Below are positions 26,274 to 35,613 of a stretch of 51,040 nt of DNA, in pieces. Numbering within the stretch: position 1 is the first letter of the stretch; each line of letters begins with the position of its first letter. This DNA is from a virus (Duplodnaviria > Caudoviricetes): IMG/VR virus record IMGVR_UViG_3300020410_000017, positions 1 to 51,040 of that record. One strand, given 5' to 3'. The notes beneath the pieces were generated by a model, which made no database searches, had not been told where the DNA came from, and saw only the letters and a program-made list of their open reading frames with translations. A program made the position numbers and the translations under genes.

Positions 26274-27106
26274 TGGCGTTTTTAAAGTTGAATAATTACC
26301 TGGTGCCGGTGGCTGCCGAGTCGGTTAGTATCCAGCGCTCCAGCATTGGCCGCACAGGCCGCTCTTACGGCGGAACTTATACGTCGGCTGAAAAATATAG
26401 CAAACGCACCATTTCTGGGTCCACAACGCCCATGAGTTATGCCGACGCGATGGCGACCGAAGGCCTTATTCTTGGTCGCGGGCATTCTTTTAGTTTTAAC
26501 GAAGGAATGTATTCGTCGCGTGGCCTTGGGCCGAATCGCTCCTACGCATCCATTTGGCATCCGACTGGCGGTGAGGACAACGGTCCATATCTGGAAACAA
26601 AAGGCACGACACTGGAGCTGGAATGGAGAATCCCATCTATGTTTTCCGGTGACTGGTGCGTTTCTTTTTTCTATTATGACGCCGCAATTCCAGAGTGGCA
26701 GGGCTGGGCGGCCCTGGGCAATGGGGCAGCAACACAAAAATTTTACAGATGGGGAACCGGATACAGCGGACTCCAGGGCTCGACTGCCGCCTTTGATTCA
26801 GAGTTTGCCGTAGACAGTGCGGGCTATTTTACATGCGCCACGGACAGCAAAATAGATGACATGCAATTTTTTCCATACCACCCCACTGTAAACATGCTGG
26901 AGTCATGGAAGGACGTGCGCACGGCAGGAACCCATACAAACCCCTTCAGCCCATTGCCAAACCTTTATCTTTCGGGTGACTGTGTTCCCGAAGATCAGAT
27001 CGAAGTTTTCGGCACGGTCACAGCGATTGATTACGTGCAGGGCGCGATCGACGGCTCGTTTCAAAGCAATCTCATCACGCTTGAGTTTACATTGGAGGAG
27101 GTATGA
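26273..27106 (+). CDS. Distal tail (Dit-like) protein, paralogue 2
   Basis: GTG 26273 overlaps the previous stop; AFLKLN..IGR..R..G..KRT...TP...GLI.G.GH shared with paralogue 1. Confidence 0.6.
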   Translation: MAFLKLNNYLVPVAAESVSIQRSSIGRTGRSYGGTYTSAEKYSKRTISGSTTPMSYADAMATEGLILGRGHSFSFNEGMYSSRGLGPNRSYASIWHPTGGEDNGPYLETKGTTLELEWRIPSMFSGDWCVSFFYYDAAIPEWQGWAALGNGAATQKFYRWGTGYSGLQGSTAAFDSEFAVDSAGYFTCATDSKIDDMQFFPYHPTVNMLESWKDVRTAGTHTNPFSPLPNLYLSGDCVPEDQIEVFGTVTAIDYVQGAIDGSFQSNLITLEFTLEEV

Positions 27107-30100
27107 GAATATTCACCAACGCTCGCGGCGTTCCTCCGAAGCTTCGCGCTACCACTATTCGTGCGTTTGCGCCCGATAAGGATTACAGTTCCTTCGGCGG
27201 CATTAAAGATCTTTTAAGCACCAAGGAGCTTGGTTTTGCCTCGACACCAACTACGACCGCAGACTGCCCAGTTTCCGGTGCTCGCGTTTTCGATGGCACC
27301 AATTACGCTTACGACTCGGCAGCGTCAGGAGATCACGCATCCTTAACCGGTGAATGCACCTGGCAAGCTTGGGTTTATATCGACAGTGTTCAAGTAAAGA
27401 ATTCTGCTTATGCTTTTTCGTACTCTGCATCAAGCGAGACATCCGCCACCAACATTATGCTCTCCATTAAGGTGGCGTCATCAGGCGGAACACCTGCGAC
27501 ATTGCGTTCATTTTGGGAGTACGGCAGCGGATCGAACCAAGAAGCCCAGTCTGATCAAAAACCGCCCACAGACGAATGGTGCCACATCGCCATGGTGCGA
27601 GAAGACGATCCTGATAACGCTGGCAAGTGCCGTATGAAATTTTACATCAACGGCTGCCAGACTCGTGACTCGGACGGCGCTTTGGAGGTTTTTGATAACA
27701 GCGGCGCGGGCTACGAGTACCCCACGGGCGGATCCAGTGCTCGGTGGACCTATGGGAACGTACACGGCGCAACTGGCAATTATTTTACGGGCCGTGTTGG
27801 CCCTGCCACGGCGTGCTCTGAGGCCTTGACGGACGCCGACATACAGGAAGATTACCGGCGTGGCTTGGGGTGGGCGACTGGCAACAGGGCTCATGTGCGT
27901 GTTCTCGTCGAGGACAATTTTGGCAACATGCAAGATTTAAGCAAGGTGCCATCTCCTGACGGCGGCACGGTGGACATGCTTCAGGGCGTCCGCATTGACG
28001 ACAGCGTTGACAAGCGTGTAACCACCGGCACCGTTAGTATTTTTAGGGCCCACGGCAGAGTGAACCTGTCCCCTCTTATGTCTGAGAGTTATCTAAACCG
28101 AGCCACCGCCGCCAATACCCTGTCGAATAGAACATACCCAACCCAGACTGATACTTCATACACCGCCCCTACCGCAGCTGATCCAACAACCTTCTTGAAC
28201 ATCGGGCGATCAATAAAAATACAAATGTCAAGAATGCCCTACGGGCTATATCCCGACGAGGTAACAAGTTTTTCGGATACAGGATCGGATTGGTATAATT
28301 TGCTAGTTGGCTATGTTGACGTGGTTGATTTTGGTAAAGACGTTATCTCGATCAATATCAGAGACCAGGGCGCGTTACTGGCAGATGCTTTTATCGAAGC
28401 AGATGATGATGAGAGTGATGAACGGTTTGTTCCCGATAACACTTCCCTGTACGACGCAATAGATAATGTGGTTGACGAGAACTGGAAAAGCCCATTCGGA
28501 ATAACGAGCCACCCAGTTCTTTACGAGCCCGTTGGCGCGGATTGGCTGTTGTCGGAAGGCACCATCGCTCGTGACTTGGTTTTGTCGGCCATCAACAAAT
28601 TGGCATCTCAAATCGCGTGGATGGTTCGCTACAAATGGGATAAAGGTTTCGGCACAGACCGGCAAGATTTCAGGCTGACGCTACACGAGCCAGACCGCGA
28701 AAAAGTCTTAGCGGATAGTTTTATTTCAGCAGACGACTATGTAGATTTATCCAAACTAAGTCTCGATATTTCAGGCGTTAGAAATGCGGTAAAAATTGCC
28801 TATTATGCGCTGAAGTTTGACACCACATTGCCGCTTGGGCGGCGCGGGCCGAATGACTTTCCTGCAATAACCCACCCGTCCTCCCTCGCTCCCGTTCAGA
28901 ATACTCTTACATATGAAGACCCAGAATCTATAAGCAAGTATGGGCGCAGATACATGGAGCTGCAAGAGTCTGCGGAAGACCTTATTGATAGCAGCATCGA
29001 GGCCGCCCGAATGGGCAATGGTATTCTTAACGACCTAAAAGAGCCATTGGCCCACACCAGCCTTAATGCCAAGGATCTGGTCGAGGTTGAGCTTAATGAC
29101 ATGTTGTCCATCGAGGCCAACGATCAATCTTTTGACTCAGATCAAAATTACGCCGTGTCTACCATAAACATGGACATGAAGAATGGATTTGTAGATGTAT
29201 CCTTTGGCCTGCGCGGCACCCCCTCATCGGGTTCAAACCGCCACATAAGCATGCAGCGAACAAGCAACACCGGCCCGCAGGCTCCCTTTAGCGCTCGCGA
29301 CGGCACCCGCCCCACTCTGACTGCCCTCATGGAGCAAATGCGCCCCCTGGAGGCGCTGGGGGCTTTTGGCGGCCAAGACCCAGCCATCCCAAACCAAGGC
29401 TTTGAACAGTGGGGTGGTGGTCACGGCGGAAACCTTTCAGAGCCCATAGGGTGGACGACCACTGGCGGAACATGGGGGTCTGCGGATGATGTTTACGTTA
29501 AGGCCATTGGCGACGGTGCTGTGACTGGTCAAACGGGAAGTTTTTTGATTGATTTAACTGACGCTGCGGGCGCGATAACCTCTGAGTTTTTTGCGATAAG
29601 AGCGGGCGTCCCATATGTTATAAAGCTGCGGGCCGCCACAACAAACATCGCAAACACTGTCGGCGGAACGATTAGCTATTATCTCACCAGAAAAGACACA
29701 AGCGCTGTTTCCACTGCGTCGTTGTCTGCCACTGCCCTTAGCGCGATTGATCTTGTCGAAGAAAAACAATTTTATGTTACTGCGCCATCGTCGGGCGTTG
29801 CCTTTGCCCGTGTGGAAATCTCGCCAGGATCCGTTGCGGCATCTTCAAGCGTGTACTTAGACATGGTTCGCCTGACAGAGTGCGAGCCCTTTTTGCGGGC
29901 CACGACTGCCGGATACCAGCTTTTCACGACAGGAAAAACAGCCTTTGACGAGTTTACAAAGATAAACCTTGATAGTGTAACCCTAGACATTGGAGACAAC
30001 TTCACCGGCGGTCCCGCACATCAATACGTCGCGCCAGAAGACGGCCTGTATGAAGTATCGGCATGTGTTGACTTGACCCTGGTGGCCGACTCCGACCCAA

Positions 30101-30411
30101 GTTTTTCAATCACTGGAACAACTTATTCTTTCAGCAGAGGCGGCCACGGCATATCGTGCATTGTTAGGCATAACTCAGATCGCTATGCCGTTGGGCAAGT
30201 GGGAGCGCCTTTAAGGTACGATCTTGATGGAACGGACTACTCCTATTCGGCCACCAGCAGCGTCACCACAAAGCTGAAAATGAACAAAGGCGACACGATA
30301 GACATGGGCTACGCAGGGCTTATATATTTTAGCGAAACCGGTGCCGCATTTTCCGTAAACCCGAATTCGACATTTCTAACCGTAACCCTTTTAAACGGAG
30401 AGAAAAGATGA
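27103..30411 (+). CDS. Tail tip/hub protein with LamG/ConA-like, carbohydrate-binding-like and C1q-like domains
   Basis: TWQAWVY...WCHIAMV...FYING (LamG-like); ESISKYGRR hub motif; NQGFE..W (CBM-like); YVAPEDGLYEVSA...MNKGDTI (C1q-like). Confidence 0.72.
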   Translation: MRIFTNARGVPPKLRATTIRAFAPDKDYSSFGGIKDLLSTKELGFASTPTTTADCPVSGARVFDGTNYAYDSAASGDHASLTGECTWQAWVYIDSVQVKNSAYAFSYSASSETSATNIMLSIKVASSGGTPATLRSFWEYGSGSNQEAQSDQKPPTDEWCHIAMVREDDPDNAGKCRMKFYINGCQTRDSDGALEVFDNSGAGYEYPTGGSSARWTYGNVHGATGNYFTGRVGPATACSEALTDADIQEDYRRGLGWATGNRAHVRVLVEDNFGNMQDLSKVPSPDGGTVDMLQGVRIDDSVDKRVTTGTVSIFRAHGRVNLSPLMSESYLNRATAANTLSNRTYPTQTDTSYTAPTAADPTTFLNIGRSIKIQMSRMPYGLYPDEVTSFSDTGSDWYNLLVGYVDVVDFGKDVISINIRDQGALLADAFIEADDDESDERFVPDNTSLYDAIDNVVDENWKSPFGITSHPVLYEPVGADWLLSEGTIARDLVLSAINKLASQIAWMVRYKWDKGFGTDRQDFRLTLHEPDREKVLADSFISADDYVDLSKLSLDISGVRNAVKIAYYALKFDTTLPLGRRGPNDFPAITHPSSLAPVQNTLTYEDPESISKYGRRYMELQESAEDLIDSSIEAARMGNGILNDLKEPLAHTSLNAKDLVEVELNDMLSIEANDQSFDSDQNYAVSTINMDMKNGFVDVSFGLRGTPSSGSNRHISMQRTSNTGPQAPFSARDGTRPTLTALMEQMRPLEALGAFGGQDPAIPNQGFEQWGGGHGGNLSEPIGWTTTGGTWGSADDVYVKAIGDGAVTGQTGSFLIDLTDAAGAITSEFFAIRAGVPYVIKLRAATTNIANTVGGTISYYLTRKDTSAVSTASLSATALSAIDLVEEKQFYVTAPSSGVAFARVEISPGSVAASSSVYLDMVRLTECEPFLRATTAGYQLFTTGKTAFDEFTKINLDSVTLDIGDNFTGGPAHQYVAPEDGLYEVSACVDLTLVADSDPSFSITGTTYSFSRGGHGISCIVRHNSDRYAVGQVGAPLRYDLDGTDYSYSATSSVTTKLKMNKGDTIDMGYAGLIYFSETGAAFSVNPNSTFLTVTLLNGEKR

Positions 30412-30908
30412 TTAAAAGCATCGCGCTTTTCGTTTTAGGTGCGATGTTGTGTTGCGTATATGTAGCGATCTTTCGAGCACCCGTCAGGGCGGTCATGATT
30501 GAGGACATTTCCTACGCTGAGCTTTCTGGCTCAGAGATCAGATATGATATAGATCTCTACAACTCGGCAACGGGAATATGGGTTGGGGCCATCAGCGATG
30601 TTTTATTCTTTGATCCTCGTGTAAATTTTGAAATTTTTTATGTGCCATGCGAAAAAGAAATAGGCGACCTTTGCGAAGCTCCTCCGGCTGTTTTTTGGGC
30701 GAGATATATTCACAAAAAGCACCCAATGGAATTTAAGCTGACTCAGTATTTCCTGGAGGATGGTCCGCATAGCATGCCGCCCGACCACCCCTTTTTTTTA
30801 AAGCTAAAAAAGGAGGTTTTTAATCATTTTTGCCGAAAAACACAGCTTTGCGTAGGAAAAGAAAAATATGGATCTGGATATAAAATTTTTAATTTCGATT
30901 TTGACTAG
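30408..30908 (+). CDS. Hypothetical exported or membrane-anchored protein
   Basis: Hydrophobic N-terminus; GGAG RBS; ATGA overlap. Confidence 0.65.
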   Translation: MIKSIALFVLGAMLCCVYVAIFRAPVRAVMIEDISYAELSGSEIRYDIDLYNSATGIWVGAISDVLFFDPRVNFEIFYVPCEKEIGDLCEAPPAVFWARYIHKKHPMEFKLTQYFLEDGPHSMPPDHPFFLKLKKEVFNHFCRKTQLCVGKEKYGSGYKIFNFDFD

Positions 30909-31128
30909 CGGCGCTGGGATTGGGGCGGCATGGGGTCATTCTCAGTCAAAAATCCAGGCTCTTACTTCTCGCGTGGAAGAGATAAAAAAAGAAAAAGCTT
31001 CGCTCGAAAAAGTTGAAAATGTGTTAGAAAGATTAGTCGGAATTGAGGAACGGCTTGTGGATAGGATCACTGCCGTGGATGAAAACCTCAAGGAAGTAAA
31101 AGAAGACATAAAAGCATTAAGGGGATAG
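30868..31128 (+). CDS. TM + coiled-coil protein (holin/antiholin-like)
   Basis: One N-terminal TM helix then heptad repeats; in the lysis region. Confidence 0.55.
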   Translation: MDLDIKFLISILTSGAGIGAAWGHSQSKIQALTSRVEEIKKEKASLEKVENVLERLVGIEERLVDRITAVDENLKEVKEDIKALRG

Positions 31129-31136
31129 GAGTAGAG

Positions 31137-31421
31137 ATGGAACCAGCAACCCATTCACTTTTAGCCGCTGGTGCAATTGCGGCGTTTATCAGGGCTTTTG
31201 TGCCCGTTTTAAAGAGCAAGAGATTTGGCGAGGTCTGGCAAAGATCCCCCAAGTGGCTGCGGCCTGCTATTTTGATGGTGTTCGCAGCGGCCCTTGCGCT
31301 TTGTGACTCTTTTCTGTCCGGCATGCCTGTCTCTAGCGCACTGCTTGCTGCCCTGGCCGCGCTCGGCGGTGCCGTGGGCACATACGAGACCCAAAAGGGA
31401 GTCTCGAAAAGTGGGGGATAA
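31137..31421 (+). CDS. Putative holin
   Basis: 94 aa, three hydrophobic segments, directly upstream of the endolysin. Confidence 0.65.
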   Translation: MEPATHSLLAAGAIAAFIRAFVPVLKSKRFGEVWQRSPKWLRPAILMVFAAALALCDSFLSGMPVSSALLAALAALGGAVGTYETQKGVSKSGG

Positions 31422-32052
31422 TACTCCAATCGACGACGACATACAGCGCCGTGTGCTGGAATCTGATTATCGCGTAAACATAAACTCTCTTCGGCCTGTG
31501 CGGCAAAGCACCAAGTACGTTGTCTTGCACCGAATCGGCGTGGGTCGATGCGCTATTGATGTTGAGCGTTTTTTTACCGAAACACCGGAAGGCGTAGCCA
31601 CGGTTACGGTGCGCCCCCAGCGCATTGCTGAAACCATAAAAAAATGGAAGCTAAACGGCATACCGGAGCGCTACAAAGCACGGGCGTTTGTTCCTTATCA
31701 TTTTGTCATTGGGTTAAATGGCCAGATCACGCAGTTTCTTGATCATGACGCTCGCGGTGCTCACTGCTACGGGTTCAACAGTCACAGCGTTGGCGTTGCG
31801 TGCATTGGCGATTTTCGGATTGAAAAGGCCACCGACGCACAAATGTATGCCTCAATGGTTCTTTGCAGGGATCTTTTGTTTAAATATGGGGACACTGTTC
31901 GCATAAAAAGACATGACGACTTGCGCCGCGCCAACAACCAACGTATCAAGGGCTGCCCAGGGCGGAACTTCCCTTTTGAGCGGATCAAGAAATGGTCAGA
32001 AACAGCATTAAAAAACAAAATGCAGCTTGACGCAGAGATCGACAAAGAGTAA
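31411..32052 (+). CDS. Endolysin, N-acetylmuramoyl-L-alanine amidase (Amidase_2-like)
   Basis: VVLH, PYHFVIG..GQI, GAHC.GFN..SVGV..IGDF, H..., CPG Zn-amidase motifs; GTG start 31411 inferred from AGGGAG RBS. Confidence 0.85.
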   Translation: MGDNTPIDDDIQRRVLESDYRVNINSLRPVRQSTKYVVLHRIGVGRCAIDVERFFTETPEGVATVTVRPQRIAETIKKWKLNGIPERYKARAFVPYHFVIGLNGQITQFLDHDARGAHCYGFNSHSVGVACIGDFRIEKATDAQMYASMVLCRDLLFKYGDTVRIKRHDDLRRANNQRIKGCPGRNFPFERIKKWSETALKNKMQLDAEIDKE

Positions 32053-32055
32053 AAT
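32027..32055 (+). promoter_or_regulatory. Sigma70-type promoter of the replication/recombination operon
   Basis: TTGACG-N17-TAAAAT overlapping the endolysin end. Confidence 0.65.
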
Positions 32056-32084
32056 ATAAGCAACCAACAAAAAAGGAGAGCTAA

Positions 32085-33155
32085 ATGGTTGATTTACAAG
32101 GCCAATCCATAGGGGCGACAAGGATCACCGCTATCGCGGGAATTAATCCGTATGCAAAGCCAATAACAGTATGGTCTGAAATAATGGGCATCAGTGATGG
32201 CTTTTCAGGCAATGAGGCATCGAGGCTAGGGTTGCAATTAGAGCCCACTGTCGCAAAAGACTATGCCATGAAAAATGGCTATGCGTTCAACGTAGATGAT
32301 TATGTTTATGATGGCCTTGGGAACAATTCTTATGTTGGCCATAAAGAGCTATTTTCTCCAGATGGAAAAATTGCGCTTCAACCAGGGGACAAAATTTACC
32401 ATCCCGACGTAGCGTATTTTCACTGCACCCCTGATTTTCTGATCCCCAACGAAAAAGGCGATATAGTCAAGATCTTGGAAATTAAAACATTTGGACTTCT
32501 TAGCGGCGGTCGTGGCGCAGGCGAGGTTTGGGGGTCTGAGCACACCGATGAAGTGCCATCATGGTACTTTGCCCAGGTTCAGTGGCAGATGTATATCGTT
32601 GGCCCGCAAGTAAAAGAAGTTGATCTGCATGTGATGGTGCCAGGGTTTGGCGATAAGCTTTTTTATACATATACCATTAAGCGTGATGACGAACTTATAG
32701 AGATCCTTGCAACAAAGGCCCATGAGTTTTGGAACGAGTACGTGCTGAAAGAAGTTGCGCCGCCCGTAGATGGCAGCGATGGCTACAAAGACTATCTGGC
32801 CGAGCGCTTCCCTCAGAACAATAAAAAATTAAAATCCGATGATGGCTCTGCTTATGCGCTAGTCCAGGAGCGTGCTCGCGGAAAAGCCATGATGGACGAA
32901 GGCAAGGCCATTGCGCAGGAAGCAGAAAACAAATTAAAACAGATGATTGGTGGCGATAGCGGACTCAAGGGCGACTGGGGGTATGTTTCCTGGAAGGCCA
33001 TTAAAGATGGTCAAAAAACAGATTTTGAGGCGGCCTTTCACGCATTGTGTGAAAAGTTAAACGCGAAAGAAAACGAGGCAGAAAAAATTCTGTCTCAAAA
33101 CACGGTGGTGAAAAAAGGTTACCGCCGTTTTATGGTGAAAAATGACAGAAAATAA
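32085..33155 (+). CDS. YqaJ-like viral recombination exonuclease
   Basis: IGAT..AIAG.NPY, G..LEP, TPD, LEIKT, YFAQVQWQM. Confidence 0.9.
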   Translation: MVDLQGQSIGATRITAIAGINPYAKPITVWSEIMGISDGFSGNEASRLGLQLEPTVAKDYAMKNGYAFNVDDYVYDGLGNNSYVGHKELFSPDGKIALQPGDKIYHPDVAYFHCTPDFLIPNEKGDIVKILEIKTFGLLSGGRGAGEVWGSEHTDEVPSWYFAQVQWQMYIVGPQVKEVDLHVMVPGFGDKLFYTYTIKRDDELIEILATKAHEFWNEYVLKEVAPPVDGSDGYKDYLAERFPQNNKKLKSDDGSAYALVQERARGKAMMDEGKAIAQEAENKLKQMIGGDSGLKGDWGYVSWKAIKDGQKTDFEAAFHALCEKLNAKENEAEKILSQNTVVKKGYRRFMVKNDRK

Positions 33156-33867
33156 GAAAAAAGAACAGCAAAAGGGAGTAGCTATGGTTCTACATAAACA
33201 AGAAGAAGTTGGTGCGCGTGGCATTGTGTTGCATTCGTTTGAAGACTTAAAACGGTTTTGCAGTGCAACCACAGCATCGGGATATTTTAAGGACGCACAA
33301 GACGTGGCAAAGGCCATTGTAAAAGTGCAGGCAGGCATGGAGCTTGGCGTTCCGCCGATTGCGAGCATGGCAGGTATTCACATCGTGGAGGGAAAGCCCA
33401 CGTTGTCCTCAGGCCTTATTGCGTCGCGCATCAAGGCGAGTGGCAAGTATCGATTTGTCGTCAAAAAGCACACTGAAACCGAGTGCGAGCTTGAGTTTAA
33501 AGAAAAACTTGACGGCGCATGGGAAACCGTTGGCGTGTCTGCGTTTACGATGGCCGACGCATCAAAGGCTGGCATTGGTGGCCGACCAAACTGGAAGCGC
33601 TATCCTAAAAACATGCTTTTTGCGCGTGCGATTAGCAATGGCGCTAGATGGTACTGTGCTGATATTTTTACTGGGGCCATTTACACTACTGAGGAAATTC
33701 AGGATGATATTAGCATCGTCCAGACCGATCCCGCGCCCGTGCCCCAGGAGTCAGCCCATGAAGCGGCTGAGCCCGAAGTTGTTGAGGAAAAACAGCCTGT
33801 AAAAAAGGTAAACCCTAAAAAGTTAAAAGGTGCAAAGGCCATTAAGGACGCACTTAAAAATGCCTAG
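33142..33867 (+). CDS. RecT/Redbeta-like ssDNA annealing protein
   Basis: GMELGVPP..IHIVEGKP...WKRYPKNML.ARA...IYT.EE; paired with YqaJ. Confidence 0.8.
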   Translation: MTENKKKEQQKGVAMVLHKQEEVGARGIVLHSFEDLKRFCSATTASGYFKDAQDVAKAIVKVQAGMELGVPPIASMAGIHIVEGKPTLSSGLIASRIKASGKYRFVVKKHTETECELEFKEKLDGAWETVGVSAFTMADASKAGIGGRPNWKRYPKNMLFARAISNGARWYCADIFTGAIYTTEEIQDDISIVQTDPAPVPQESAHEAAEPEVVEEKQPVKKVNPKKLKGAKAIKDALKNA

Positions 33868-34123
33868 CCATGCAGGGCGTTGCTCTGCGTGCGGCATTGA
33901 GTGCTTTACGCAGGGCGGCGAGGATCCGATTTGTCCAGACTGCTACATTCCCGACAATCCCACTTTTGGGTGGAAGGTTAGGCGATGGCGCGAGACAAAA
34001 AACGGCAACCCCTCAGAGCTTAGACAGTTTGCGACGACGGCGCAAAAGGAAAAATTTCTAAATCGCGAACTGGGCCTTAAAATAAAAAAAACCAAACCAA
34101 AAGAAGAAAAAAATGACAGATGA
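33860..34123 (+). CDS. Small Zn-finger protein
   Basis: CSAC...CPDC; start 33860 overlaps the annealase end. Confidence 0.6.
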   Translation: MPSHAGRCSACGIECFTQGGEDPICPDCYIPDNPTFGWKVRRWRETKNGNPSELRQFATTAQKEKFLNRELGLKIKKTKPKEEKNDR

Positions 34124-35613
34124 AACAATCACTACGTCCCTACCAGCAGGAGGCAGTTGATAGGTGCAGAGAGGCCGCAGCAAAGCACAAAAGAGTGCTG
34201 TTGCAGCTTCCGACTGGCGGTGGCAAAACCACTATCGCTGCTGAAATTATATTCCTTGCCGTTTCAAAGGGAAAAACAGTGTTATTTCTGGCTCACCGGC
34301 GCGAGCTTATATTTCAGGCCTATGATCGCTTTAGCGGCTTCGGGCTTGATTGCTCTATCGTTTTAGCTGGCGACAAAAGATGCATATCCGAAAAGCCAGT
34401 CCAGGTAGGGTCTGTTCAGACTTGCGTGCGACGAAAAAAATACATGGCATCCCTGTCGCCCGATCTCATAATTGTTGATGAGGCCCACCACGCAGTGGCC
34501 AACAGCTATGTCATCATATTAAAAATGTACCCAGACGCCGTAGTAATGGGCTTGTCGGCCACGCCATATCGCGCAGACGGTAAAGGCCTGGGGTCGATTG
34601 ATGACTATACTCTCTTTAAGGGTCTCGTTGCGGTTGAGACCACGGGCTCGCTGGTCGAACAGGGGTACTTGTCGCCATGCGAGGTCTGGGTTCCTCAGAT
34701 GATAAACTTTTCCAAGATCAAGATCGAAAAAGGTGATTTTGCCAAAAAAGAACTTGAACAAATTTTTGTAGACCGCGATCTCATGGAGAACGTAGCCCGA
34801 GACTGGAAAAAATATTGTAATGGTATGCAGACTCTTGTTTTTGCGTCTTCGGTGCAGCACAGCATTTCTTTGTGTGCGGTTTTTAACGAAAAAGGCATTT
34901 CCGCCGCCCATATTGATGGCACCACGCCCAAGGCAGAAAGAGAAAAAATTCTTCAAAAACTAGGGAACGGGAGCGTGCGGGTGGTTTCGAACTTCGGCGT
35001 GCTAACGGAGGGCTTCGATTGCCCTGCTGTTTCTGCTCTCATTTTGGCGCGGCCCACGATGTCAATGGCGCTATACAAGCAAATGGTGGGGCGAGGACTA
35101 CGAATAAACGCCGGAAAAGAGCGTGCAGTGATGCTGGATTACGGTAAAAACGTAACCCGTCACACATGGCCCACAAACGATCCTGCTGCGGACTTGTCCG
35201 CTGGCCTCTCAAGCAAGCCTTTGATGAAGAACAGAAAAGATGGCGAAAACGGTGCGTGGGTTTGCCCAAGGTGTCTTGCGGCGGTGCCGATCGAGTCCGT
35301 GAAATGTAAATGTGGTTTTAAAAAAGAAGAAAAAGAAACCAAAGCGAGAAAAAAAGAATATAGTTTAAAAAGACTACGAGAAGACCAAGCAAGAATACCC
35401 TTGACACAAGGCGAGATAATTAAGAGAAGGATGAAGTTCTTTGAGCTTGAGGAGCGGGACAAAAAAACTGGCAGAAGCAAATGGGTTTCCTGCTACAAAT
35501 ATAAACATTTATATGGGAAATATCCACACGAAGATGGTATTCTCAGCGGTGGCGAAACCTTTGAGTATTGGCGTCTAAGAAAAAAAAGGAGTGGCAATGG
35601 GGCAAAATCTTGA
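34120..35613 (+). CDS. SF2 DEAH-box helicase (YejH/ResIII-like) with Zn ribbon
   Basis: LRPYQ, PTGGGKT, DEAHH, SAT, LTEGFD, QMVGRGLR; CPRC..C.CG. Confidence 0.92.
   Translation: MKQSLRPYQQEAVDRCREAAAKHKRVLLQLPTGGGKTTIAAEIIFLAVSKGKTVLFLAHRRELIFQAYDRFSGFGLDCSIVLAGDKRCISEKPVQVGSVQTCVRRKKYMASLSPDLIIVDEAHHAVANSYVIILKMYPDAVVMGLSATPYRADGKGLGSIDDYTLFKGLVAVETTGSLVEQGYLSPCEVWVPQMINFSKIKIEKGDFAKKELEQIFVDRDLMENVARDWKKYCNGMQTLVFASSVQHSISLCAVFNEKGISAAHIDGTTPKAEREKILQKLGNGSVRVVSNFGVLTEGFDCPAVSALILARPTMSMALYKQMVGRGLRINAGKERAVMLDYGKNVTRHTWPTNDPAADLSAGLSSKPLMKNRKDGENGAWVCPRCLAAVPIESVKCKCGFKKEEKETKARKKEYSLKRLREDQARIPLTQGEIIKRRMKFFELEERDKKTGRSKWVSCYKYKHLYGKYPHEDGILSGGETFEYWRLRKKRSGNGAKS

Noticed and set aside
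27103-30411. Diversity-generating retroelement target in the tail tip
   Set aside because: No reverse transcriptase gene and no TR/VR repeat pair seen.
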